Below are positions 49,975 to 62,204 of a stretch of 64,000 nt of DNA, one piece after another (the first letter of the stretch is position 1; each line of letters starts with the position of its first letter). Made by a program: the position numbers and the translations under genes. The notes beneath the pieces were generated by a model, which was not told the DNA's origin, did no database searches, and worked only from the letters and a program-made list of their open reading frames with translations. The DNA comes from Chiloscyllium plagiosum. Lineage: Eukaryota. The DNA lies in NCBI RefSeq assembly GCF_004010195.1, contig NC_057756.1, positions 839,805-903,804 of the forward strand. Direction: 5' to 3'.

Positions 49975-50390
49975 AGGTTGAGGGGCGACCTAATAGACTT
50001 TTTCAAGATTGTGAATAGCATTGGTAGAGTGAAAAATATAAGCCTCCTTTCCCAAGGTGGTGTGGTTAATTGCTATGATTTGGAGATGCCGGTGTTGGAC
50101 TGGGGTGTACAAAGTTAAAAATCACACAACACCAGGTTGTAGTCCAACAGGTTTAATTGGAAGCACACTAGCTTTCCTAGCGGTGCTCCTTCATCACCTG
50201 AAATCAGTGTGTGATTTTTAACTTGGTTAATTACTCGGGGACACAAGTTCAATTTGGGAGGGAGGAAGTTTAAAAGAGATGTGAGAGTCTCATTTTCCAC
50301 ACAAAGGGTAGTGAGAGCCTACTATGAACGGCTAGAGGAGGTGATGGAAGCAGCCACAACAGCAGCATTCGAGAAGCATCTGGAGTAGTC
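49975..50390 (+). mobile_element. CR1 3' fragment split by a short Penelope-type insertion
   Basis: RLRGDLID-coding start; continues after 50223 with ggacacaagttcaa...ttttccacacaaagggtagtg. Confidence 0.7.
50075..50223 (-). mobile_element. 149-bp Penelope terminal-repeat insertion with an inverted tip and a 12-bp TSD
   Basis: tggttaattgct (50063-50074) and tggttaattact (50224-50235); gttaaaaatcacac is inverted as gtgtgatttttaac at the right end. Confidence 0.8.
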
Positions 50391-51599
50391 ATGCGTTTGA
50401 AAAATCCTTCGAAATCGTCCAGTCAATGTCAAAATATCCTTCCTTTTTTTTCAAAAACAAGGTCCCTTATCTATTCATTCCCATGTTTATACCCCAAAAG
50501 TTGTCAAGAAATTATTTTTCCATTGTAAGCAATTTATTATCATTTGAATACATTTCGAGATGTTCCTGACCTGACAGCCAAAAGGCAACATACTACTCTG
50601 CACACACATGCCAAAGAAATGTTCCTATTGTCAATTATTATTTTCATTCTCAGTAATAACACATTAATCCTTATATTCATTTCTTTGTAAATCTTTATGC
50701 ACAAGACCATGTCGTAAAAAAAAATTGGTTTATCGTCGCGAATCCATCCATCCTATCTTCCTGGTTTGTCAGCAAGATTTCCCTGCTGATATTTAGCAAT
50801 TTTCAAACCTTTATGACCTGTACCTCACATTCTGACAAGTTATTTTACCTCATCGGGTGCAGCAATATAGTTCTGATGCTTAACCTATTTTTATTTTATG
50901 TACATTTTTCAGAGTGAAATGTACAGAATCTCCAACTCCTCCATTGTCAGACCCAATTGGGAGCAGTATTCCGTTATTGCAGATTAGTACAAAAGTCAGG
51001 AAATTACTTTTTTTTGCATTATTGGCTCGGCTGCAGCATCCTGGGTAATATGCTTTAGTGTGGTCTCAATACCCCTGTGTCATTCAAGAGCATGTTCATC
51101 AAAAATAGATATCCAGACAGGAATAATGGGGTGGTGGTGGTGGTGGGGGGGGGGGGAGTGGGGAGTGGGGAGGGGGGTTGGGAATGCCAACAATAACTAC
51201 CCTGTGACAAATATTCAAATGGAGAGTTTCAATTCAAACTGTAACAGTCTTGGTCAAGTCATGATCTCGAATCAAATAATCTCTTCAACTGGTTACCCAA
51301 TGCCATGGCTCTTATGCAAATTACAAAAAACTAATTTCAATGCCACTACTAACAATGCGTACCCTTCTATAGTGTACAGGATGAAATAATCAACTTACAT
51401 CTCCTCACTGTTAAGATTCTGTTCTATTCTCTCAGTTTTTCTGGTTAGGTTCCATCTACTTTTTTAAGATGCCATCTTCTGCTGAGGGACCTCGTAAATA
51501 TACTGCTTTTTCTACAACCGAGGATTTTCCAATACTTTGGTTCAGCGGGCTTTTATTCGTGTATGATCCATTTCCTGAATTTCAGCCCCGATTTACTTC

Positions 51600-52570
51600 T
51601 CTTCCCACTCACAACACTGATATTGTCATCGTGGTATTCTCTTCTCACCCCACAAGTATTCGCATTCAAAGGATCATACTTTGCCATTTTCGCCACCTTC
51701 AATGGAATGCCATTACGAAATATATACTTGCTCTCCTTCCTCTTTGTAACATTTTGCAGGGACAGTTCCCCAATGGCCGCTCCTAATCGTCTCCTATCTC
51801 ATACGCACATACTTACAGCACCCTAACATGCAGTCACAGAGATGTACTACCTATCAGTTCACACTTTCCCTCTTACTATTGAAGGCACTAGACACAACTT
51901 CCAATTTATTTTCGATTTTCCCGTTCTTCCCTTCAACTTACCTACTGGATTTTCTGTCCTCGGTGCCAACTGCTTTGCACTTGGAGTACGAAATGCAGAA
52001 GCAAGAACGACCTGAATTTCCAGTTCCCTGGTACTTCAACACATAATTGGTTTGGTTGCCAACCTTTATATCTCAAGCTTATTGCAGCACTCCAGACAGG
52101 CCCAGGACAAGCCAGAAGAACAGCATCCTATTTTCAGCTTCGGGAGCCTGCAGCCTCAGGGCTCATATACCAGTTTAATAATTTTGAAGCGTGAACACCT
52201 TCTTCTATATAGTTTCCCCAACCCCTTACTCGTGGCCATCTCGTGACTTAGGCTGCTTTAAGTGTGATCAACCCATCTCCATTTGCTCTTGGTGCTCATT
52301 ATCAACTCCTTTTTTTCCTTTTTTTTCCTCTGTTGCCGTTTTCATTCTTGTTTCTTGGCTTAACTGTGCTTTTTCGCACTCTGGATTCCATCTCCACCTA
52401 TTTGTTCACGTCTTCCATGCACAATGACACCCGTCTTTAACATACATAACCACACTTTCCTCACTCCAATGGTAACATGAACAATGGTCCCTGGGCATTT
52501 CATCTGTTTCCTCTCCGCAGCTGCCACTCAGCCTGCATAAAGTCTGTAACAGTTACGTTTTTATTTCAAG
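51600..52570 (+). mobile_element. Decayed Penelope-like element 3' region
   Basis: HPTSIRIQRIILCHFRHLQ and EEQHPIFSFGSLQPQG motifs, followed by a pyrimidine-rich tail and a terminal-repeat remnant. Confidence 0.7.
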
Positions 52571-52712
52571 TATCAACCAGCTGATGTGCTTCCTTTCATT
52601 TACCTCAAACAGTTGATCCTCACTTCCTTGCGCCCCATGCTTTTGACATTGATGGACTATTACTTCAAATTAATTTCATTCTCCCTGCACACTGCTCTAT
52701 GTTGCCAATGCA

Positions 52713-55700
52713 AAGAACATAGAAAATTTACAGCCCACGAACAGGCCATTCGGCCATTCAAGCCTGAGTCGATACAAATCCACCGTCTAAACTTGTCACC
52801 CAATTCCTAAGCATCTGTATCACTCTGCTTCCCACCTACCCATGCATCTATCCAGACACATCCTAAATGAATCTACCGTACTTGCTCTACTACCTCTGCT
52901 GGCAACGCATTCCAGGTACCTACCACCCTTCATGTAAAGGACTTGCCGCATATATCACCCTTAAACCTTTCACGTCTCACTGTGAAAGCGTGACCTCTCA
53001 TTATTGAATCCTTCACCCTTGTAAAAATGCTTATCTCTATCAACCCTGTCTATACTCTGCATGATCTTGTAGACCCCAAACAGGTCCCCCCTCAATCTCC
53101 TTTTTCTAATGAAAACAAACCTAATCTACTCTGTTCAAAGGTAGCACCGTCCATGCCAGGCAACATCCTCATAAACCTTCTCTGCATCCTCTCCAAAGCG
53201 TCCACATTCTTTTGGTAATGTGACGACCAGAATTGTACACAGTATTCTAAATGTGGTCGAACCAATGTCGTGTACAATTTTAATATGACCTTCCAGCTCT
53301 TACACTCAATATCCTGTCCGATGAAGGCAAACATATCAATGCCTTCTTGACCACTCCATCCACCTGTGCAGCAACGTGCAGGGTAAAATGGACATGAACT
53401 TCCACATCTCTCTGCTCATCATTTTTTCCAATGCTCTTCCAATTACTGTAAAAGTCACTCTAGAGTTAGACTTCCCAAAATGCATCGCCTCACATTTGCC
53501 TGTATTGAAGTCCATCTGCCACTTCTCTGCCCAACTCTCCAGTCTATCTATATTCTCCTGTATTCTTTGATTGCCCCCTATGCTTTCGGCTACTCCACCA
53601 ATCTTCGTGCCATCTGCATACTTACTGATCATATCAACAATGCCCTCTTCCAGATCATGCATGTATATCACAAGCAACAGTGGCCCCAGCAGTGATTCCT
53701 GTGGAACAACACTGGTCACCTTTCTCCATTTCGAGAAATTCCCTTCAGCTACTGTCTCATGTTGCTCAACCAGTTTTTTATCCACCTAGCTAGAACACCC
53801 TGCACACCATATGACTTCACCTTCTCCATTAGTTTACCATGGGGAACCTTATTAGACACCTTACTAAAGCCTATGTATATGACATCTACAGCCCTTCCTT
53901 CATTTCTCAACTTGGTCATTTCCTCAAAGACCTCTATTAAGTTGGTATGGCACGATCTCCCCCACACACAACCGTGTTGCCTAGCACTGATACGCTCATT
54001 CTTTTCCAAACATAAATACCTTCTTCAGCAATTTTCGCACCACTGAAGTCAGGCTCGCTGGTCTGTAGTTACCCGGAATATCCCTACTACACTTCTTGTT
54101 CAGTGGGACAACATGAGCAACCCTCCAGTCCTCCAGCACCTCATCTGTGGTTAAGGATGCTACAAAGATATCTGTCAGGGTCACAGCTATTTCCTCCATC
54201 CCCCCTCCGCCTCAGCAACCTGAGATCGATCCCATCTGGTCCTGGGAAGGTGCCCACCTTTATAACCTCAACCTACCCAACACATCTTCCCTACTTATGT
54301 CAACGTGATCCACAGTAATCAAACTTCTAACTCTAATCTCAACATTCTTTATGTCCCTATCCTCAGTGAACACTTATGCAAAGTAATCATTCAGAATCGC
54401 ATCCATTCTCTCAGGTTTGACACACAGCCTTCCTTCATTATCCTTTAGTGGACCAATCCTTTCGCTAGTTACCCACTTGCTTCTTATATAAGAATAAAAG
54501 ACTTTTGGATTCTCCTTAATTCTGTTCGCTAAAGCTATTTCATGACCTCTTTTTATCCCGCCTGATTTCTCACTGAAGACTGGTCCTACTCTTCTGATAT
54601 TCCTCCAAGGTCAGTTCTGTTTTTAGCTGCCTGGCCTTTATGTATGCTTCTCTTTTCCTCTTGGGTAGTCAAACGATTTCTTCTGACATCCATGGTTCAC
54701 TAATCTTGCTTTTCCGATCCGTTGCTTTCAACGGGACATGCCTATCCTGCACTATCTTGAACCTATCTTTGAAAGCCGCCCACATATCAAATGTGCACTT
54801 CCTTTCAAATAGCTGTGTCCAATCCACATTTCCCATCTCCTGCCTAATTTTGATATAATTGGCCATGGCCCAGTTTAGTATTCGTCCCTTAGGACTACGC
54901 TAATCTTCGTCTACCAATATTTCAAAACTTAAGAATTGTTGTCACTGTTCCCAAAGAAATCCCCCACCACAACTTCTACCACCTTGCCTGCCTCATTCCC
55001 CAACACCAGGTCCAATATGACGACTTCCCTTGTCAAACTATTGACATAATGCTCTAGAAAACTTTCCTGGATGCCTCTTACAAATTCTGCACCACCCAGA
55101 CCGCACACACTAAGTGTATCCCAGTCAATGTTGCGAAAATTAAAATATCCCATCACCACCACCCTGTTGCCTCTACATCTTTCCATAATCTGCTTACTCA
55201 TTTGTTCTTCTACCTCATGCTGTCTATTGGGAGGGCTGTAATAGATCCCCAGCAATGTAACTGTACCCTTCTTATTTCTCAGCTCCACCCATAATGCCTC
55301 ACTACAAGCCCTCCATAGTGTCCTCCTTTAGCACAGCCGTGATATCATCCCTGACCAGCAATGCAACTCCTCCTCCCTTCTTTTACTTCCCTCACTGTCT
55401 TGTCTGAAGCGTCTAAATCCTGGAACATTTAGTTGCCAATCATGCCCTTCCTTCAACCAAGACTCTGTGATTGCAATGACGTCATACTCCCAGGCACCAA
55501 TCAAAGCCCTAAGTTCATCAGCCTTACCCAATATAGTCCTTGCATTAAAGTATGTGCATTTCATGCCATCAGTCCTTTTGCATTCATCTGTCCTTTGCTA
55601 ACTGTTCCCCTAATTAATGATATATTCATGATTCTTATAGTCTCCAGTTTCCACCACGCTGTCTACTTGTCTTCTCTTCTGGTTCACAGCCACCTGCCAC

Positions 55701-56930
55701 ATTAGTTTAAAACCTCCACAACAACCGTAGCAAAAACTCTACCAAGGGCATTAGTTCCAGTCTGGTTCACATATAGGCCATCCAACTTGTAATAGTCCCA
55801 CCTTCACCAGAACTGGTCCCAATGTCTACCAAATCTGAACTTCTCCCTCCTAAGCATCCCTCAAGCCACGTATTCACTTTGCCTATTTTTTTTTTCATTT
55901 CTACACTGGCTAGCACGTAGCACTGGTAGTAACCCTGAGACCACTACCTTTGAGTCCCTCTTTTTTAACTTCTCTCCTAGCTCCATGAATTCTGCTTTCA
56001 GGACCTCATCTCGTTTTTTACTTACATCGTTGGTACCTATATGCACCAAGACAACTGGGTATACATCGTCCCATTTTAGAATGCTCTGCAGTCGATCGGT
56101 GACATCCCCACCCGAGGACCTGGGCGGCAACATGACATTCGGGAGTCCCGTTTTCGTCCACAGAACCGCCTATCTACTCCACTTACAATAGAATCCTCCA
56201 TGACTATGGCCCTACGAGTCTTTTCCCCGCCCTTCAGAACAACAGTGCTCGCCACATTGCCATGATCCTGGCAACTGCAGCCCTCCGTGGTGAGCCATCT
56301 CCCTCAGTAGTATCCAAAATGGTATACCTGTTTTGGAGGGAGATGACCGCAGGGGACACCTGCACTGCCTTCCTACTCGTTTTCTGCCTTTTGGTCATCC
56401 ATTCACTGTCACCCTCAGCAATTCCACACTGCGGTGTGACCAGTTCACTAAACATACTATCCATGACCTCCTCAGCATCGTGGATGCTCCATGTGGTCAT
56501 ACAAGAGCTGCAGCTGGACACACTTCTTGCAAGTCTAAGAGTCAGGACAGTCAGCCACGTTCCTGAGCTTCCACATCAAGCAAGAGGCACATGCTACGGC
56601 TCTGAGGACCCCTGCCATTATAAGCCTTAGCTTTATAATAATACACTAAAACCAAACAATGCACTTAAATATATGAAAGTAAAGGAAGAGAAGAAGTAAA
56701 AATCTTACCTTATAGTCTTTTTCTTTTGGTTAGAGGAGGGGGTGGTGGTAAGGCGATACTACACGTGCAGTATCTCTGGTTTAGCCTATGCCCAACTATA
56801 TACTAAGTCCTTTTCTTCCCGGCAACCCCCTGGTCTCTACATCACCTCTGATCTGTCTCTGCTGCTCCCACACAGGAAAAAGAATATCATATGTCCTGGC
56901 ACCAGAGAGAAAAAAAACAGGCATGGTCTT
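52713..56930 (-). mobile_element. Near full-length CR1 LINE (5' UTR, ORF1 with SGNH esterase, ORF2 APE-RT, 3' tail), inactivated
   Basis: ORF1 VVLVHIGTNDV...KVVVSGLLPV; EN KCTYFNARTILGKADEL...IAITESWL and GNSDNN; RT GNYRPASLTSVV, VPQESLLGPLL, SKYADGTK and VRPHLEYCVQFW. The 5' boundary is approximate. Confidence 0.93.
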
Positions 56931-57322
56931 TAAAAAAAACATTTTTCTGTCACTTTAATTCTAATTCTGTCTTCATATAATTATTCCTCAGTTCACTTAT
57001 TTGAAATGGCCATTTTCATAAATTCCTCAGCATTCCCAAAATGATCAGGCGAGAAACTATAAGGTCTGTTTCATCATGCATTAAGTAAATATTCTTTATG
57101 ATCTAAGTTAGCCTCTCAGAAACGGTAACGAAACGAAAGGGGATGAGGATGGAAGTGAGTGATTTAAAAAAGAATGTTTTTCTGATGTAGAAACAACAAT
57201 GTTTTTTTTAATCAGTTGAACTGTAAGGGAAGAAAATGGATCCACGACCTATGTGATAGGATTCGACCAGCTATTTTTTTTAATGAACACATCTTGTTTA
57301 TTCTTTGTCTGAAAAAAAACAG

Positions 57323-57349
57323 AAGAAAGATTGAAACAGAAAGATAAAG
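57323..57349 (+). CDS. Micro-exon (27 nt, phase 1-1): EERLKQKDK
   Basis: tgtttattctttgtctgaaaaaaaacag|AAGAAAGATTGAAACAGAAAGATAAAG|gtaagt: perfect donor; an A-run separates the pyrimidine tract from the AG. Confidence 0.8.
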
Positions 57350-57611
57350 GTAAGTTCTCTGAATATTTTTTAAACAACATCAGAATTAAGTTGCTTTCAT
57401 TTCCCTCCAAGGCTCTTAATTGGCATGTTCACAAGTTTAACTAATTGCATTTTCTTTCAGATATCTTGTAGATTGATGCATGTTTTTATGGGCGGATGCC
57501 AATACTGAACAAAAATGTGATGAAGTGCTATCCTTACAAAGGTTGGGGGGTGCGGGGGAGGTGGGTTGGCATGCAAAAAATCAAATACGACTTGCACAGA
57601 TTCGTTCTCGG

Positions 57612-57720
57612 ATGGAGCTGATGAAGGTTACTGGTCTCAAAACATTAACGCTGATTTCTCTCCATATACGCTGCCAGGCCCGCTGAGCTTTTTCCAGCAT
57701 TCTGTGTGTTTTATTGAGAT
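57612..57720 (+). repeat. Penelope-terminal-type short repeat with decayed hammerhead motif
   Basis: ctgatgaaggttactggtctcaaaacattaac...gctgccaggcccgctgagctttttccagca. Confidence 0.6.
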
Positions 57721-58548
57721 TTTATAGTTTCTGTTTGAATACTTTGCCCAAACTGATGACCACTTCAGTTGGCTGGCTGGATCAATGCATCATTGAATAG
57801 TTCAACAATTCTGCTGAGTAATATGAGCATTCTTTAAACAAAACATATATTATGGAATTTTTCACCACCTGTATCAAGCGAAATTACAGTGCAAATTTCC
57901 CATTTTCTATATTATTTAATCTAAGCAAAACGAGCTGGTTACATATGCTCAAAAATGACACTGAAGAAATGGCTTTATTGAAATGTGGAAAATAATGATA
58001 AATATTGTCATTATGAATACACACCATCATGAAATTAGTAGTCTGCAGATAGATAATGACGTGGACTCTTCATATTGTTTTCATTGTGTTGATGGTCAGG
58101 AAACTCTGTCATTCTCATCTCTTGGGATTGCCATGTGCTGACATGATTGCTATTAACATTCAAACAGTTTGTCTGGGTAATAGACATACATTTTCTGCAC
58201 CATCAATTCCTGAGTTTGAAAATTGGAAAATAACTTTAGAAGGCCAGAGAAAGCCATGTGTGTGCTCTAATTTCAAGAGTAATCTATATCTGTTAACCAA
58301 ATGCTTAGTAACATGGAACATGGATTGCAAATCATTACAAAATGAAACTTATAAAACTAGTAAAGATTTCATTTTTCATCCAGATTTGATGTGGAGCTCC
58401 AAAAAACTATACGTAAAGGCAGCGAAACAAACACAATTTTCGCAGTTTCAATAGATTACTTTAGTTTGCAATAGCATAAGACATTTTTTGAATGCGTAAT
58501 AGACAAATGACTCATCTCACTTGATAACATGTATTATTCACTTGTCAG

Positions 58549-58584
58549 AGTTAGAAAAGTTGAAAACTCGTCTTGCTGATGTTG
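58549..58584 (+). CDS. Micro-exon (36 nt, phase 1-1): ELEKLKTRLADV
   Basis: gtattattcacttgtcag|AGTTAGAAAAGTTGAAAACTCGTCTTGCTGATGTTG|gtaaga; the ELEK start is shared with exon 15219. Confidence 0.85.
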
Positions 58585-58873
58585 GTAAGAAAATAACACA
58601 AGCCAGGGTAATGTGTTTTTTAAATTCAGATTATATTAATGTGTTTGAAATGATAAACGTTAAGCAGAAATGCTTGTGCAAGGGAAATGTTAAAATAAGA
58701 AGCTATGAAATATTTTGAAAATGTAATCATACATAACATTTAGAAACAGGTCATCCGAATGTAAACTGTACAAACTGTGTATGCAATGTCGGATTTTACA
58801 TTTGTCTGATTAGTTAATTTATCCTGGAGAATAATGTCAACAGCATGAAGTTAATTTCTGCACCAGCCGGAGC

Positions 58874-61696
58874 TATCATGAAGGATGCTCCTTTTCAATC
58901 TTTCCTATCAGCTGAGGTGTGGTGACACTCGAGTCGCCTGTCACTAAAAAGACAGTACGAGAATGGCAACGTTTCATTATGTACCACCCGCAGTCACATG
59001 GAAGGACCAGGTGAAAAGTCATAACATAGAATCTGACAAAATAGATGAGAAGTATGGAGTAGTTAGCCAGTGAATGCAAACACTTGCACAATGAAAGGGA
59101 TTTGCCCGTTCTCCCAGATCAGGGATTTTTCTAGTTTGTTTCAGTTTTGAGCTGGAGGTCAAGAGAAACAGATGCTAGGAAAAGTGGTTTCATGCTGACT
59201 AACTCTCTGACATCTCTTTGTAAGACCCTGCGTTTAAGTGCGCCTTTTTGCCACGGGGTGTGTTTATATGGATGTTGTAGGAAATCAGAACAACATCATT
59301 AATTTCTGATAGAGTCAGATGGCTTTCAAATGATTGTTGTTCTATATTCTGTTTTCTTTTGCTTGTGTTTCATTCAGTTGTCTGTATATAAATTCTATTT
59401 TGTTTAAAACTGAGTGGTTTGAGAATCTGCATCACTCCTGGAATATCCACCTTGCACCAGCTTGGAATAACTAGAAAATTTACAGTCTGGGCTACTTTCT
59501 TGAAATGGATTAAAGGGTCTGGTCTGGCCAATAACAGATTGAGGGCCCGTCCAGGATTCAATCTATAGTTCCAAATTGGGATTAGGTTTGAATGACTGAA
59601 TAGCAGCGAATCGTAGTTGTTGGTGTATTTTGTTCTGGGTGTTGAAATCGTTTGTTTAAGCAGTGCTCGTGTAGTGGTGGTTCATTCATTTTCCATGACT
59701 TTTCTGGGGCTGGAAGAAGTGACTTTGGCGCTTTTATAAAAGGTAAACAAAGCAATACTGCTGGGATTGACAATCAAGATAGAGGTGGAGCTGCCTACTT
59801 TGGTGAGGAAAGCAGAGACAATTATAATAATAGGTCACAATTTTAATTTGCTGGAAACTCCATCAGACTATTTGGAGATGGCTAAAATACAATTGAAAAT
59901 TATATAGCTTTAATTGGAGATAAAATACACAGAAAGAGACGATGACATAAATCTGTTGAATGATTGAAAGCAGAGGAAATACAAAAAGAAAGAGAAAGAG
60001 AGAACAGAAAGACAGATAGAGAAGGAAGTCAAACGAGAGAAATGCAGAGAAGAGAGAGAAGAAATGTAAAAAGAGATCGTTTGAACTTTACAAATTGACA
60101 CTTAGACAGGAACGACATCTTAAAAGGATGACGATAAAGGCCGAAAACATCTTATTGCAGAAGGAGTGAGAGCAAATGTCAAGGACAGACAATTACAACG
60201 GCAAGATTAGAAGCTGAAATGTTTGATGAATGTGAGTTGGTTCATTAATCGAAGTGCTGCCTACTGTAGTTGAAACGTGAGTGGAAAATCAGGCAGTTGA
60301 GGTATTACAGAAAACATATCTTATTTTCCTGTCTGTGTGGGAAAGAAGTCACAAAGCCGCCAGTTGACACAAGAGGGATCAAAGAGTACAGATAAGGGTT
60401 TGAAGGTGAATTACCAGAAATCATGTTTGATCAGAAGATTGAGACAAAACAGGAGCAGATAGATGACACAATAGACATGTTTAGCTTAGGGAAATTAACA
60501 GACTTAAAACAGGATGATGCGAAACTAAAACAATTACGTTAAAATGCCTACATGGAAGAAGTATTTAGACGTATCTCTCAATGTTACTATATCAAAACTG
60601 AAGTCTTAATAAGGAGATGGAGACCATCACATATTCAGACAGAAATGGGCAGAAATTCATCAATTCATATTACCAGTTGGCAAAAGAAAGGAGATATTGC
60701 AGATGGCGCAAAAAATACCAGCAGGAGGTCACTTAGGGTTAAGAAAATCTCAAGGTAAAATAGAAAAAAAGATACTGGCATAGACAGCACAAGGATGCAG
60801 TTAATATTTGCCAAACATGCCACACATGTCAAGTAATTGGGGAACCAAGGACAGTAACAAAACGAGGTACTTTAATACCAATCTGCATTTGGTGGACCTT
60901 TTAGAAGAGTCTTAACTGATTATGTGGCACCCAACCTAAAACAAAAAGGTATGGATAAGTATTTATTAACAATAATGGATGTGACCACTAGCTTTGCAGA
61001 GGCGATTCCATTACTCTATATAACAGCTAAAAGAATTGTCGAGGAGTTACTCAAACATTTCAATAAACGTAAACTACTGAGAGAGTTACAATCAGATCAG
61101 GGTTCAAAGTTGACATCAAACTTATTCAAAGAAATTATGCATAGCTTAGTAAAAACTCAAGTCAAATCTGCTGCACAAAATCTAGATTCGCAGCGAGCGC
61201 TAGAAATATGACGTTAAACATTAAAGATGATGATACAGATGATTGAGATAAATGAATTCCAATTATGCTTTTTCCCATCAGAGCTGCACCAAATGAACCA
61301 ACCAAATTCAGTCAATTTGTATTAGTTATTGGGCATGAAGTGAGCCGATCACTAAAAAGAGGAATTGTTAAGTCATAATTTAGAGATCAGGTAGTTGGAC
61401 TATGTGTCAAAGTTTAGAGAATGATTAAATAGGGTTGGAGCGTTGGCTAGACTGCATTTAAAAGTATCACAGCATACAATGAAAGAGAAAGCAGACAAGA
61501 AATCAAAAATTTGCATTGTGCTTTCGGAGATAAAGTGTTCGTGTTACTTCCAGTGATCGGTAAACCTTTTAAAGCAAGGCTTACTGGACCATCTCAAGTT
61601 GACAGGAAGTTGAGTGTGGTAAAGTATTTAATCAGGACTCCGGACAGAAAGAAATCTCACAGGGTATGCCATGTGAAAATGCTGAAAGAGTATTTT
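58874..61696 (+). mobile_element. Second Gmr1-like Gypsy element: 5' LTR, PBS, deleted gag and integrase; truncated after INT
   Basis: LTR 58874-59536 ends taaca; PBS tgagggcccgtccaggat (59540-59557) is close to the tRNA-Pro complement TGGGGGCTCGTCCGGGAT; INT YLLTIMDVTTSFAEAIPL...LQSDQGS and GPY/F-type FGDKVFVLLP...LTGP...HVKMLK. Confidence 0.85.
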
Positions 61697-61741
61697 GGTG
61701 CTGTGAGGCAGCAGTGCTAACCACTGTGCCAACGTGCCACC
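61697..61741 (-). mobile_element. HE1-like SINE 5' head fragment at the Gypsy truncation point
   Basis: ggtgctgtgaggcagcagtgctaaccactgtgccaacgtgcca is the reverse complement of the SINE head. Confidence 0.75.
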
Positions 61742-62204
61742 ACATTATTGAGGTATTTCACATCAGCACACTTTAGTCTGTATTCAACTATCGCAGGTGA
61801 AGTCTATAGTCAAGTGGAGACATCCCTGAGGGAAGGCATAAATGTGTGAGCATGATTAGGCAGCTTGAAATCTAGAATCTTCATTACCATCTTATATGGT
61901 CATGGATAATCACGAAAATCAATAACCTATTGCGAATTTCACGCTGTGCACTTTGATCCTTTTAAGTCTAAGGAGTATATCTAAATTCTGCAGCATAAAA
62001 TAGCAGCGTTTTCACCTGAAATGGTTACTGGTGAGGAAATTTCTAAAGGATCACTGCTTTTTTGGTGGTTTTTCCATGCTTATTTCATTCATAAATGGAC
62101 AAACCCATATCCTGTCCAGTTGCAGCAAAAAGTATTTGCTCTTATAATCAACACTTGTCAATCTGAAGTCTATATATAATTTGGAAAAAAGCATTATGGA
62201 ACTC

